From the sequence record NZ_CP123987.1: a DNA stretch of 64,000 nucleotides. One strand, 5' to 3'. Below the pieces are notes generated by a model. It was given only the letters and a program-made list of their open reading frames with translations. It was not told the DNA's origin and ran no database searches. Shown here one piece after another: positions 10,969 to 20,215 of this stretch (position 1 is the stretch's first letter; every line of letters starts with the position of its first letter). The DNA is from a plasmid. The translations under genes and the position numbers were made by a program.

Positions 10969-11146
10969 ATTTCTTTATCAACTCCCAGACGTCATTCATT
11001 ACTTCAGTATCAACTCCGTGACACAACAAAATTTTCACCTTATCAAATTTAATTTCAGCATCTAAATTCAATTTGGTTGTTTTAATTTTAGTTGCTGTTT
11101 TCCGTTTTTTAGTTGGTTTTACTTCAACAATTTCAGTTTCTTCCAT
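10958..11146 (-). CDS. IS66 family Orf1 (TnpA, small HTH protein)
   Basis: Probable start at MEETEIVEV with an AGGAGG RBS; the upstream part of the track ORF lies inside the terminal IR. Confidence 0.6.
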   Translation of the reverse strand: MEETEIVEVKPTKKRKTATKIKTTKLNLDAEIKFDKVKILLCHGVDTEVMNDVWELIKKYVS

Positions 11147-11904
11147 TGTATAAAAAATCCTCCTATACTTTTTATGATAATAGTATAGGGGGATTTCAAA
11201 TTTTTTCATATTCAGCTCATTATAAAGTACTTACATCTTATTGCTCAAGTAGGGTCTTTGAATTTAAATGAAGCAAAAGAATTAGCTAAATATGTGACTG
11301 ATTTAGGTTACCCTATGATTTCTGCTGTTACACCTTTCTATTATAATTTCTCATTTGAACAAATTAAGAATTATTATAATTCAATTCTTGAAGGTGTAGA
11401 TAATAAACTTATTATTTATTCTATTCCAGCTTTAACAGGTGTAGCATTATCTCTAGATCAATTTGCTGAATTGTTTGAAAATCCAAAAATTGTAGGTATT
11501 AAATATACTAATGCCGATTTCTATCTCCTAGAACGTGTTCGTAATCGTTTCCCAGATAAGTTAATTCTTTCAGGTTTTGACGAAATGCTATTACCTGCTC
11601 TTGCATTGGACGTTGATGGTGCAATTGGTTCAACATTTAACTTAAACGCTCCTCGTGTTAAAGAAGAAATTGCAGCTTTCGAGGCTGGAGATATAGAAAA
11701 AGCTCGTGAACTTCAAACATTAAGTAATGACTATATTACTGATCTTTTAAATAATGATTTATATCCAACTATTAAGTTAGTATTTGAAAAAATTGGTGTT
11801 CATGCTGGCTACTGCAAAGAACCTATGAGCAAGCCAACTCCTGAAATGGAAGCTGGAGCTCAAAAGATTTATGAAAAATATTTCAAAGAATAGTAGAAAT
11901 TGGG

Positions 11905-12603
11905 GTGAAGATTATGGAAAATACCTTTCTTGATCAAGTTCATGGAAAATTAATTATTTCTTGTCAAGCACTTGAAGGTGAGCCTTTACATAGCTCCTTC
12001 ATTATGGCACGTATGGCACGTGCTGCTAAAATGGCTGGTGCTCCTGCAATTAGAGCTAATTCTGTCGTTGATATTCAAGCTATTCAAGACGAGACTGGAC
12101 TTCCAATTATTGGAATTATAAAAAAAGATTATCCAGATTCTGACGTATATATTACTCCAACTCTTAAAGAAATGCGTCAAGTTGCTGCTACTGGAGTTGA
12201 AGTTGTTGCTTGCCAAGTAACAGGACAAGCACGTCCTAATGGAGAAAAATTGGAAGAAATCATTCCTCAATTCCGCGAAGAATTTCCTAATACTCTTCTT
12301 ATGGCTGATACTGGTGATCTCAATGATGTCAAAGAAGCTAATAGACTTGGTTTCGATATTATCGGTACGACTATGCATGGCTATACCCCTACTACTAAAG
12401 GTATGAATATTGCTGATAATGATTTTGAATATTTAAAAGAAGTTCTAAAAGTTGCTGAGCATCCAGTTATTGCTGAAGGTAAAATTGATCTCCCCCAAAA
12501 AGCTAAACGTGTTTTAGAATTAGGTGTACATGCCTTAGTAGTTGGTGGCGCGATTACTCGTCCACTAGAAATTGCAAATAAATTTATGGACGCAATTAAG
12601 TAA
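11905..12603 (+). CDS. nanE: N-acetylmannosamine-6-phosphate 2-epimerase
   Basis: 232 aa NanE family sequence immediately downstream of nanA. Confidence 0.8.
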   Translation: MKIMENTFLDQVHGKLIISCQALEGEPLHSSFIMARMARAAKMAGAPAIRANSVVDIQAIQDETGLPIIGIIKKDYPDSDVYITPTLKEMRQVAATGVEVVACQVTGQARPNGEKLEEIIPQFREEFPNTLLMADTGDLNDVKEANRLGFDIIGTTMHGYTPTTKGMNIADNDFEYLKEVLKVAEHPVIAEGKIDLPQKAKRVLELGVHALVVGGAITRPLEIANKFMDAIK

Positions 12604-12639
12604 AAAATTGTGCTATACTTGAGATAAATTATATCAGGG

Positions 12640-13473
12640 GTGATGTTGATGAATTTGCTTAATAATATAGAAGCAATTTTCTCCACACTTTCTCGCCAAG
12701 AACGTAAAGTAGCTTTAAAAGTTCTTCAAAATCCTCAAGAAGTACAATCTATGAATATTACTAAATTAGCTAAAAAAGCGGGTGTTAGTAATGCTACTAT
12801 CACTCGCTTTGTGCGTAGAATGGAATGTTCTGATTTTCATGATTTTAAATTAAAGCTCGCTATATCTGCTGCTAGCTCTCCTGAGGTTCCAGTTTCTTCT
12901 GAAAGCGATTCTATGGGAGATAAAGTTTACGAATTCTATCAAAAAGTACTTCAAGGTACTTGGAAGCAACTAGATACTGACACTATTCATAATATTGTCC
13001 ATGCTATTACTAAGGCTCGTCGTGTCTACGTTTACGGTTTAGGAAGTTCAGGTTATACTGCACAAGAATTCACTCAACGACTAATTCGTATGGGAATTGC
13101 TGCTTTTTGTACAGTCGATAGCCATATGATGTTTATAGATAGTACTATTGTAAACTCTGATGATGTTATCATCGCCATTAGTCAATCTGGTAATACTGAT
13201 GATGTAAATGTTGCTTGTTCTTTAGCAAAACAAAAAGGAACAAAAATTATCAGCATCACTGGATTTTATCAAAGTCCACTTATCGAACTCTCTACTTGGA
13301 GTGTAGTTGTTAAAAACAGTAATTTTGTTGATAATACTCGCTTTATTAATTCTCAGCTAGCGATCGTTTATGTTATCGATATTATTACAATGGAACTGAT
13401 GGAAAAATCTGAATATAGTTCTACTATGAATAAGACCGTTGAATTAATCATGGATCGAAAATTATCTAAATAA
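12640..13473 (+). CDS. RpiR/MurR-family transcriptional regulator (HTH + SIS domain), probable nan regulator
   Basis: 277 aa with an N-terminal HTH_6 and a C-terminal SIS domain. Confidence 0.75.
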   Translation: MMLMNLLNNIEAIFSTLSRQERKVALKVLQNPQEVQSMNITKLAKKAGVSNATITRFVRRMECSDFHDFKLKLAISAASSPEVPVSSESDSMGDKVYEFYQKVLQGTWKQLDTDTIHNIVHAITKARRVYVYGLGSSGYTAQEFTQRLIRMGIAAFCTVDSHMMFIDSTIVNSDDVIIAISQSGNTDDVNVACSLAKQKGTKIISITGFYQSPLIELSTWSVVVKNSNFVDNTRFINSQLAIVYVIDIITMELMEKSEYSSTMNKTVELIMDRKLSK

Positions 13474-13524
13474 CAACACCAATTGGGGTTTCTCAGTTGG
13501 TGTTTTTTGAAAGAAGGCATCGCT

Positions 13525-14142
13525 ATGAAAATTACCGTCGTTGGTGGAACTGGATTAGTCGGTCAAGGGATATTGTCCGAACTATCTAAAGATAAATCAC
13601 TAGATCTCCACTCTATTTCACGTAATGGTAAACGTCCTAATTCCATTACTGGTATCACCTACCACTCTTTTGACTTAGCTCATGACACTAATTGGCATTA
13701 TTTACTTCAAACTTCTGATTGGGTTATTGATTGTATAGGAATTCTTTTCCCTAATAAGTCAAAAAATCAGACTTATGAAAATAGCAGCATTCAACCTGCT
13801 AAGTTAATTATTGATAATATCGTTGATTCTGATAATAAATTTTTGTTCATCTCTGCCAATTCAGCTCCATTCTTTTTAAATAATTATTTACAAGCTAAAA
13901 GAACTGTTGAAAATTATGCTAGTAGAAAACTAGGTAATCGTGCAATATCAGTCTATCCTGGATTAATTTATTCTAGATTTAGAAGAAGCAACTATTATCC
14001 TGCTGTAATATTAGACTTTTTATTAAAATTCAAACTATTTAGTTTCCTAAGAAAATTTCGCCCAATTAGTAGAGAAAGATTTGCTAAAGAAATACATTAC
14101 ATAATAGAAGGAAAAAATAGTAGTCTTACTTATAGAATTTAA
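13525..14142 (+). CDS. NAD(P)H-binding oxidoreductase (NmrA/SDR-like)
   Basis: MKITVVGGTGLVG Rossmann motif; ATG at 13525 with a GAAAGAAGG RBS. Confidence 0.6.
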   Translation: MKITVVGGTGLVGQGILSELSKDKSLDLHSISRNGKRPNSITGITYHSFDLAHDTNWHYLLQTSDWVIDCIGILFPNKSKNQTYENSSIQPAKLIIDNIVDSDNKFLFISANSAPFFLNNYLQAKRTVENYASRKLGNRAISVYPGLIYSRFRRSNYYPAVILDFLLKFKLFSFLRKFRPISRERFAKEIHYIIEGKNSSLTYRI

Positions 14143-14314
14143 AAGCAATTAAATTTAATCATAATTTAATTTTTTATCATTATAATTTAAATATATTTAC
14201 AGAAGATATTAAATCAATCAATTATTAAATTAATCATCTTTTTCTTAATTACTCAACTTTGTTTTAATCATTATATGCTAAAATAATCTTTATCATTTTT
14301 AAAGGAGATTTTTT

Positions 14315-15802
14315 ATGAATGATAAAAATAAAAAAATAGGCTTATTTAGCTTAATCATGATGATTTTTTCAAGTATTTTTGGTTTTGCTAACATGCCAGT
14401 TGCTTTTTTGCAAATGGGATATGCTAGTATCATCTGGTATATTTTTGCAGCCATCTTTTTCTTTCTGCCAGTATCTATGATGCTTGCAGAATATGGCTCA
14501 ACTTTTAAAGATGAGCAAGGTGGTATTTATGCTTGGTTAAGTAATACTATTGGTGAAAAGCTTGCATTTATCGGAACTTTCATCTGGCTTTCTAGTTGGA
14601 TAGTTTGGTTAATAAATATTTCATCAAAAGTATTTATCCCCTTCTCTGCCTTATTATTTGGTAAAGATATGACACAAACTTGGGCTTTTGGTCCTTTCAG
14701 TGCTACCCAAGTAGTTGGAATTTTAGCTATTCTTTGGATTATTTTCGTTACTTTCTTTGCAAGTCGTGGTGCAGATGTTATTTCTAAGGTTTCTAGTATT
14801 GGCGGAACTTTCGTAACTGGAATGATTTTTGTATTTTTAATTGCTACTTTCATTTCTTTGTTTGTTACTCATGGACACTTCGAACAACCAATTACAGCAT
14901 CTGCATTTGTTAAATCACCTAACCCTGCTTTTACTAACCCGGTTGCTACTCTATCTTTTGTTGTATATGCTATTTTTGCTTATGCTGGCATGGAATCTTT
15001 AGGTGGAATGATTGATAATATTGAGGAGCCTGAAAAAACTTTTCCTAAGGGTTTATTGATTTCTTCAATATTAATTGCAGTTGCTTACTCCTTCATGATT
15101 CTTTTATGGGGTGTCAGCGTAAATTGGAAAGATGTTCTTTCTAGTGACTCTGTTAACCTAGGAAATATCACTTATATAATGATGCAACATCTTGGTATCT
15201 ACCTCGGACATAGCTTAGGATTATCTGCAAGTGTAAGTAATTTAATCGGAAATATTTTTATCCGTTTTGTTGGTTTAGGAATGTTTTTAGCTTATGTTGG
15301 TTCATTCTTTATTTTGATTTATTCTCCAATTAAATCATTTATCTTAGGATCTAAACACTTATGGCCAGAAAAAATGACTAAACTTAACAAGCACGGCATT
15401 CCAGAATTTGCAATGTGGATGCAGGCTCTACTTGTATGTATCTTGATATTCTTAATTTCATTTGGCGGTGGTCAAGCTAAGAGTTTCTACACGATTTTAA
15501 CTGATATGTCTAACATATCAACTTCGTTTCCTTACTTATTCTTAGTTGGTGCCTTCCCTATATTTAAGAAAAAAGGATTTAAGCAACCATTTATTGCTTA
15601 TAAAAATCATACTTGGACAAAAATTATTACCTATATATGTTTCTCAATTATCTTATTTGGTATCATTTTCACTTGCGTTGATCCATTTATACAAGGTGAT
15701 TGGGTAACCGGATTTTGGACTGTTATTGGACCAATTTTCTTTGGTTCTCTAGCTCTAGGAATTTATACTCGAGCAACAAAGAAAAATAAGAATAAAAATT
15801 AA
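14315..15802 (+). CDS. APC-superfamily amino acid permease
   Basis: 495 aa, 12-TM APC transporter features. Confidence 0.75.
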   Translation: MNDKNKKIGLFSLIMMIFSSIFGFANMPVAFLQMGYASIIWYIFAAIFFFLPVSMMLAEYGSTFKDEQGGIYAWLSNTIGEKLAFIGTFIWLSSWIVWLINISSKVFIPFSALLFGKDMTQTWAFGPFSATQVVGILAILWIIFVTFFASRGADVISKVSSIGGTFVTGMIFVFLIATFISLFVTHGHFEQPITASAFVKSPNPAFTNPVATLSFVVYAIFAYAGMESLGGMIDNIEEPEKTFPKGLLISSILIAVAYSFMILLWGVSVNWKDVLSSDSVNLGNITYIMMQHLGIYLGHSLGLSASVSNLIGNIFIRFVGLGMFLAYVGSFFILIYSPIKSFILGSKHLWPEKMTKLNKHGIPEFAMWMQALLVCILIFLISFGGGQAKSFYTILTDMSNISTSFPYLFLVGAFPIFKKKGFKQPFIAYKNHTWTKIITYICFSIILFGIIFTCVDPFIQGDWVTGFWTVIGPIFFGSLALGIYTRATKKNKNKN

Positions 15803-15855
15803 ATTTAAAGCCCTAATTAGTTGCGATGATTTATCGGACTAACTAAGGCTTTTTC

Positions 15856-15963
15856 TTATTTATTCTTTTTATGTGCTTTAATTATTTTAAGCGCACGTTT
15901 CTTAGTCTTACGATTACTGCTTCGCAAACGACGATAAGCACTTGATAAATCTGTCTTTTCCAT
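15856..15963 (-). CDS. small basic protein (35 aa) cotranscribed with rpsN paralog
   Basis: ATG preceded by a GAGAGGTGA RBS; MEKTDLSSAYRRLRSSNRKTKKRALKIIKAHKKNK; not in the ORF track because it is short. Confidence 0.4.
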   Translation of the reverse strand: MEKTDLSSAYRRLRSSNRKTKKRALKIIKAHKKNK

Positions 15964-15982
15964 TATATTCACCTCTCTTTAA

Positions 15983-16252
15983 CTACCAACTTGCTTTATG
16001 GACACCTGGTATTTTTCCTTGATGTGCCAACTCTCTAAAATTAATACGTGACATTTTAAACTTACGCATATATGCACGTGGACGACCATCAATTTCATCT
16101 CTATTTTTTAATCGTATAGGGTTAGAATCTTTAGGTAATTTTCGCAAGCTCTCATAATCATGATTTACTTTCAACTGTTTTCTTATCTCTGCATATTTAG
16201 CAACTAACATTTGCTGTTTTCTATATTTAGCAATTTTTGATTTTTTAGCCAA
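15983..16252 (-). CDS. rpsN: 30S ribosomal protein S14, Zn-independent (C-) paralog
   Basis: 89 aa S14 without CxxC motifs; a Zur-box-like palindrome lies in its promoter. Confidence 0.85.
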   Translation of the reverse strand: MAKKSKIAKYRKQQMLVAKYAEIRKQLKVNHDYESLRKLPKDSNPIRLKNRDEIDGRPRAYMRKFKMSRINFRELAHQGKIPGVHKASW

Positions 16253-16271
16253 AATTATACCTCATTTCATT

Positions 16272-16326
16272 TAAATAGTAATTATTACTTTTTTAAATGA
16301 TAACAATTACTATTTAAAAAGTCAAT
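16272..16326. promoter_or_regulatory. candidate Zur boxes in the rpsN / GTPase divergent promoter
   Basis: AAATAGTAATTATTACTTTT (core GTAATnATTAC identical to the Firmicutes Zur-box core) and a second degenerate copy AAATGATAACAATTACTATTT. Confidence 0.5.
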
Positions 16327-16453
16327 AAAAATTATCATATTCAGAGTAAAGTTAAATAATTTGATTACTTTTTTTCAATTTTCTACAATTATCTTATTAA
16401 CTACTCTAAGATTAGAAGGGAGAACGGCATTTTTTTTATTGCCTATTAATTCA

Positions 16454-18373
16454 TTGAAATATATTGTTACTGGAATTATTGCCAATGTTGATGCAGGAAA
16501 AACTACTCTTTCTGAAGCATTACTATATCAAACGGGAAATCTACTCAATTTAGGTCGCGTTGATAACGGCAATACTTTCTTAGATACTGACCAACTAGAA
16601 AAAAAGCGTGGTATTACTATTTTTTCACACCAAGCAAATTTAGAATATAATGATCTTTCACTGACAATTTTAGATACTCCAGGACACGTTGATTTTGTTA
16701 CTCAAACCGAACAAGTTTTAAGTGTTCTTGACTATGCTATATTAGTTATTTCTGCTACTGATGGAATTACTAGTCACACTAGATCTCTTTGGAATTTGCT
16801 AAATCATTACCATATTCCTGTATTTATTTTTGTTAATAAAATTGATATCAGCACTAATAAGGCCTCACAGATTTTATCTCAATTAAAAAGTGAATTAGAT
16901 GAATCAATTATTGATTTTTCTTCTGATAATATGATTGAAGATATTGCAACGTGCAATGAATCATTATTTGAAGAGTATTTGCAAATTAATACCATATCTG
17001 ATGAAAAAATTCTATCACTAATCTCTGATAGAGTTATTTTCCCATGCTATTTTGGCTCTGCTTTAAAGTTAGATGGTATTGATAAATTTTTACAAGGATT
17101 CAATCAATGGACAAAAAAGTTACACTATCCGAATAATTTCCAAGCCAAAGTATTTAAAATTTCTCACAACGATAAAGGTGAACGTCTAACCTGGCTTCGT
17201 ATTCTAGGCGGCTCTCTAAAAACTAGAGATGAATTATTACCTGAACAAAAAATTAGTCAAATTAGAGTATATAATGGTGAAAAGTTTTCAACTTACCCAA
17301 CTGTTACTGCTGGTCAAGTTTGTACAATTCCTGGGCTAGTAAATACCTATCCTGGTTTAAGCATTGGTAAAAAACAAGTAGATACAATTCCAATCGTTAC
17401 ACCTGTTTTAAGTTATGCTCTTGACCTCAATGGCAATGATATTCAAGCTTGTTTAAAAGCTCTTCATGAATTAGAAGATGAAGATCCTAAGTTACATGTT
17501 ACTTGGTCTGAACATCTCAAAGAAATTAGTGTACAAATTATGGGAGAAATTCAGTTAGAAATCCTAGAACAAATACTCCTTGATCGATATAATTTAAACG
17601 TCACTTTTACTAAAGGAAATATTTTATATAAAGAAACTATCACTAATTCTATTGAGGGAGTTGGTCACTTCGAACCACTTCGTCATTATTCAGAAGTACA
17701 TTTATTATTAGAACCTGGAGAAAGAGGCAGTGGTCTCCAGTTCGAAAATCAATGTAGTCTAGAAGTCTTAAATAAAAATTGGCAACATCAAATTATATAC
17801 AATCTCAAGTCTAAAGAGCATCTAGGTGTATTAACTGGTTCCCCTCTTACTGATGTAAAAATTACCCTTTTAGGCGGGAAAGCTAGCAATGTACATACAG
17901 TTGGTGGAGATTTTCGTCAAGCATGTAGTCGTGCAGTTCGACAAGGTTTAATGATGCTCAGAGAAAATAATAATTGCCAACTCTTAGAACCTTGGTATCG
18001 TTTCAGACTAAAAGTTGATCGTACTCAAATTGGTCGTGCAATCAATGATATTCAACGAATGCATGGTACCTTGGATGAACAACAAGTTGAGGGGATACTA
18101 ACTGGAATTGCTCCTGTTTCAGAAATGTACAATTATGCCACCAATGTACGCGCATATACTCATGGGAATGGCACACTAGAATTGGAAATTGCTGGTTATT
18201 ATCCTTGTCATAATTCGACAGATATAGTATCTCAACAAAATTATGATCCTGTATCAGATTTAGAAAATACTCCACAATCTGTTTTCTGTGCTCATGGAGC
18301 TGGATATACAGTTGACTGGAAAGATGTACCTACAACTATGCATTGCGAGTATTTTTGGAATGGGATGAATTAG
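16454..18373 (+). CDS. EF-G/TetM-like translational GTPase (ribosomal-protection-type protein)
   Basis: G1-G4 motifs (AHVDAGKTTL, DTPGH, NKID); the domain order parallels Tet(M)/Tet(O) and EF-G; start uncertain (TTG 16439 or 16454; the track ORF begins at 16361). Confidence 0.7.
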   Translation: MKYIVTGIIANVDAGKTTLSEALLYQTGNLLNLGRVDNGNTFLDTDQLEKKRGITIFSHQANLEYNDLSLTILDTPGHVDFVTQTEQVLSVLDYAILVISATDGITSHTRSLWNLLNHYHIPVFIFVNKIDISTNKASQILSQLKSELDESIIDFSSDNMIEDIATCNESLFEEYLQINTISDEKILSLISDRVIFPCYFGSALKLDGIDKFLQGFNQWTKKLHYPNNFQAKVFKISHNDKGERLTWLRILGGSLKTRDELLPEQKISQIRVYNGEKFSTYPTVTAGQVCTIPGLVNTYPGLSIGKKQVDTIPIVTPVLSYALDLNGNDIQACLKALHELEDEDPKLHVTWSEHLKEISVQIMGEIQLEILEQILLDRYNLNVTFTKGNILYKETITNSIEGVGHFEPLRHYSEVHLLLEPGERGSGLQFENQCSLEVLNKNWQHQIIYNLKSKEHLGVLTGSPLTDVKITLLGGKASNVHTVGGDFRQACSRAVRQGLMMLRENNNCQLLEPWYRFRLKVDRTQIGRAINDIQRMHGTLDEQQVEGILTGIAPVSEMYNYATNVRAYTHGNGTLELEIAGYYPCHNSTDIVSQQNYDPVSDLENTPQSVFCAHGAGYTVDWKDVPTTMHCEYFWNGMN

Positions 18374-18421
18374 CAAAAAGCGAAGTTAGACGAAAAGGTT
18401 AATATATTGGTTGTGTAATAT

Positions 18422-18462
18422 TTAGGACTGATAATGTAGAATTTTTTACATTACGGTCCTTC
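18422..18462 (+). terminator. rho-independent terminator after the GTPase gene
   Basis: GGACTGATAATGTA…TACATTACGGTCC hairpin followed by a T-rich tract. Confidence 0.5.
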
Positions 18463-18696
18463 TTTTATTTTCTTCATTTTGCGTCAAAATAAAAGAGAGA
18501 GCCCACACGTCAATCTAATTAAAAAAAGGACACCATCTCTATGGATATACTTTTACTTGGAATTACAGACCCTAATTTAACTATTGATCTTAAATATCAA
18601 TATATTTCGTATATTGAAGAAAAAACTATTAAAAATAGTAAGGTTTTGCTCTGTCATCTATAGCGGTCGCCCATCTATTTCACCTTTATTTTTTTA

Positions 18697-18840
18697 CGTA
18701 CAAGATTAGAATCCTTAGGTAATTTCCGTAAACTCTCATAATTGTGAGCTGTTTTTAATTTTTTCTTAGCTCCACATATTTAGTAATCAATATTTGTTGC
18801 TTTCTGTACTTTGTAATTTTTGATTTTTTAGTATTGGCTA
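18697..18840 (-). pseudogene. truncated duplicate of the S14 (rpsN) 5' region
   Basis: ~75% nucleotide identity to 16128-16258. It encodes IANTKKSKITKYRKQQ…[12 protein letters not shown], which aligns with the S14 N-terminus ([14 protein letters not shown]…). The ATG is mutated to ATA and the ORF is truncated after ~50 codons. Confidence 0.7.
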
Positions 18841-19643
18841 TTCTTCCAGAAGCATGGTTTGTTAATTTTATTATTTTAAGTGTGCTTCTAATTCTCTTAC
18901 TTGCTTGTTTGTCAGCAACGGCAAGAAGACTTAGAGACGTTGGATATAGTGGTTGGTTTACTTTCCTATCTTTTATTCCTTATTGTGTAGGACTTATAAT
19001 ACTTTTATTTTTCACAACAAAACCCTCTAAAAAAGAAAACAATAAGTACATAGAAGATACACAATCTAATTTGGGCAAGTTTCTTATGCAATCGAATAGA
19101 TCATTTATTGGTTCTTTATTAGTATTAGCTTTATTATTTGGTGCTATTGGCGCAACAGATACTGATAATAACAGTGGAAATAACAATAGTTCTTTTGCTG
19201 CGAATAAACACAGTTCAAAGCATAAGAATAATAGCAGTCGCCATAAAAAGAAAAGTAGTTCTTCAAGTAAAAAGGATGAAGATAAACATGAAAGTAGTAG
19301 TTCTTCTGAAAATTCTAGTTCATCTAGCGTAGTAGAAGATTATCATCCTATAACTTATGATGAATTAGCTCGTAATCCCCAAAGTCATATGAGTGAGCAT
19401 ATTCAAGTTTCTGGTAGTGTAGTACAGGTTGTAGAGAGTTCTAAAGCGTTACTCGTAGACTTAAATGATGACCCAGACCAAGCAGTTATTGTAAGAATGT
19501 TAAAGAGTAATAATAATAACCGTATTTTAGAAGGTGATTGGGTAAACATTCAAGGAACCAGTGTTGGAACAATAGATTATAAAACTGTAATGGGAAACAC
19601 AAGAACTGTTCCTGCTATTACCACTACAAATATAACAAGATAA
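18834..19643 (+). CDS. membrane protein with a DUF805-type motif, Ser/Asn-rich linker and C-terminal domain
   Basis: RRLRDVGYSGWF motif typical of DUF805; the N-terminal part appears to be replaced by the rpsN fragment; start uncertain. Confidence 0.5.
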   Translation: MAILPEAWFVNFIILSVLLILLLACLSATARRLRDVGYSGWFTFLSFIPYCVGLIILLFFTTKPSKKENNKYIEDTQSNLGKFLMQSNRSFIGSLLVLALLFGAIGATDTDNNSGNNNSSFAANKHSSKHKNNSSRHKKKSSSSSKKDEDKHESSSSSENSSSSSVVEDYHPITYDELARNPQSHMSEHIQVSGSVVQVVESSKALLVDLNDDPDQAVIVRMLKSNNNNRILEGDWVNIQGTSVGTIDYKTVMGNTRTVPAITTTNITR

Positions 19644-19699
19644 ATAACCATACAGGTATTGGTTCTGATGAGCTAATACCTATTTTTGTATGCAAATAT

Positions 19700-20140
19700 G
19701 CCTGTTAGACGTACTTTAAGCATAAGTTCAAGTTATAATATGAATAAATCTCACAAAATGAGTTGCCAGATAAAATTATAAAACTTAGCTTTAATCGTTA
19801 TAATACACGGAAAGATAAGTATGGGTTTAAGAGAAATTTAAAGATATATCAAGCTAACAAAATTCAACTATCATCAAAGTTAGATAAACTAGCTAAAACG
19901 CCTAGTAGACGTCAATAACAAATTCAAGTTAATCAAACTTGGAATTATTATAAAGAAAAAATAAAAGAAAACCTCTCTAGTGATGAAGGACAGGCCATTT
20001 ATCGTCGTCGTAAGTATGATGTAGAACCTGTTTTTGGTCGTATGAAGAGGAATTTTGGTGTGCGAAGAACACATCTTAGAGGACAAAAATCCGTTGAAAA
20101 CGATATAGGATTAGTTTTAATGAGTATGAATTTAGTAAAA
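19700..20140 (+). pseudogene. IS1182-family transposase C-terminal remnant
   Basis: Translation …AIYRRRKYDVEPVFGRMKRNFGVRRTHLRGQKSVENDIGLVLMSMNL matches the conserved C-terminus of IS1182-type DDE transposases; no start codon and no N-terminal part. Confidence 0.65.
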
Positions 20141-20165
20141 TGATAGCTCAGTTTAGTGCTAGATA

Positions 20166-20215
20166 TATAGAATATATAAAAATTCGACTCCAAATTTTGA
20201 ATTATTCAGAATTTT
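20166..20215. terminator. bidirectional rho-independent terminator / IS-end hairpin
   Basis: AATTCGACTCCAAA…TTTGGAGTCGAATT perfect 14-bp stem flanked by A and T runs. Confidence 0.5.

Larger units (their letters stand above)
8937..11234 (-). mobile_element. IS66-family insertion sequence, copy 1 (2298 bp, 8-bp TSD ATCTTATT)
   Basis: Imperfect terminal IRs beginning GTAAGTACTTTATAATG / GTAAACACACTATAGTG; three ORFs of tnpA/tnpB/tnpC type; an identical direct ATCTTATT at 8929-8936 and 11235-11242; the same sequence as copy 2 at 42464-44761. Confidence 0.9.
8715..11893 (+). pseudogene. nanA: N-acetylneuraminate lyase gene disrupted by an IS66-family insertion
   Basis: The N-terminal 74 codons (8715-8936) are followed by the IS at 8937-11234. 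The reading frame resumes exactly after the duplicated ATCTTATT at 11235 and runs to 11893. Removing the IS plus one TSD copy restores a ~295-aa DHDPS-family lyase. Confidence 0.85.

Noticed and set aside
11986-12686. Minus-strand ORFs of 130 and 101 aa
   Set aside because: Antisense to nanE and to the regulator start; no RBS and no homology features
14527-14853. 108-aa minus-strand ORF
   Set aside because: Antisense inside the APC permease gene
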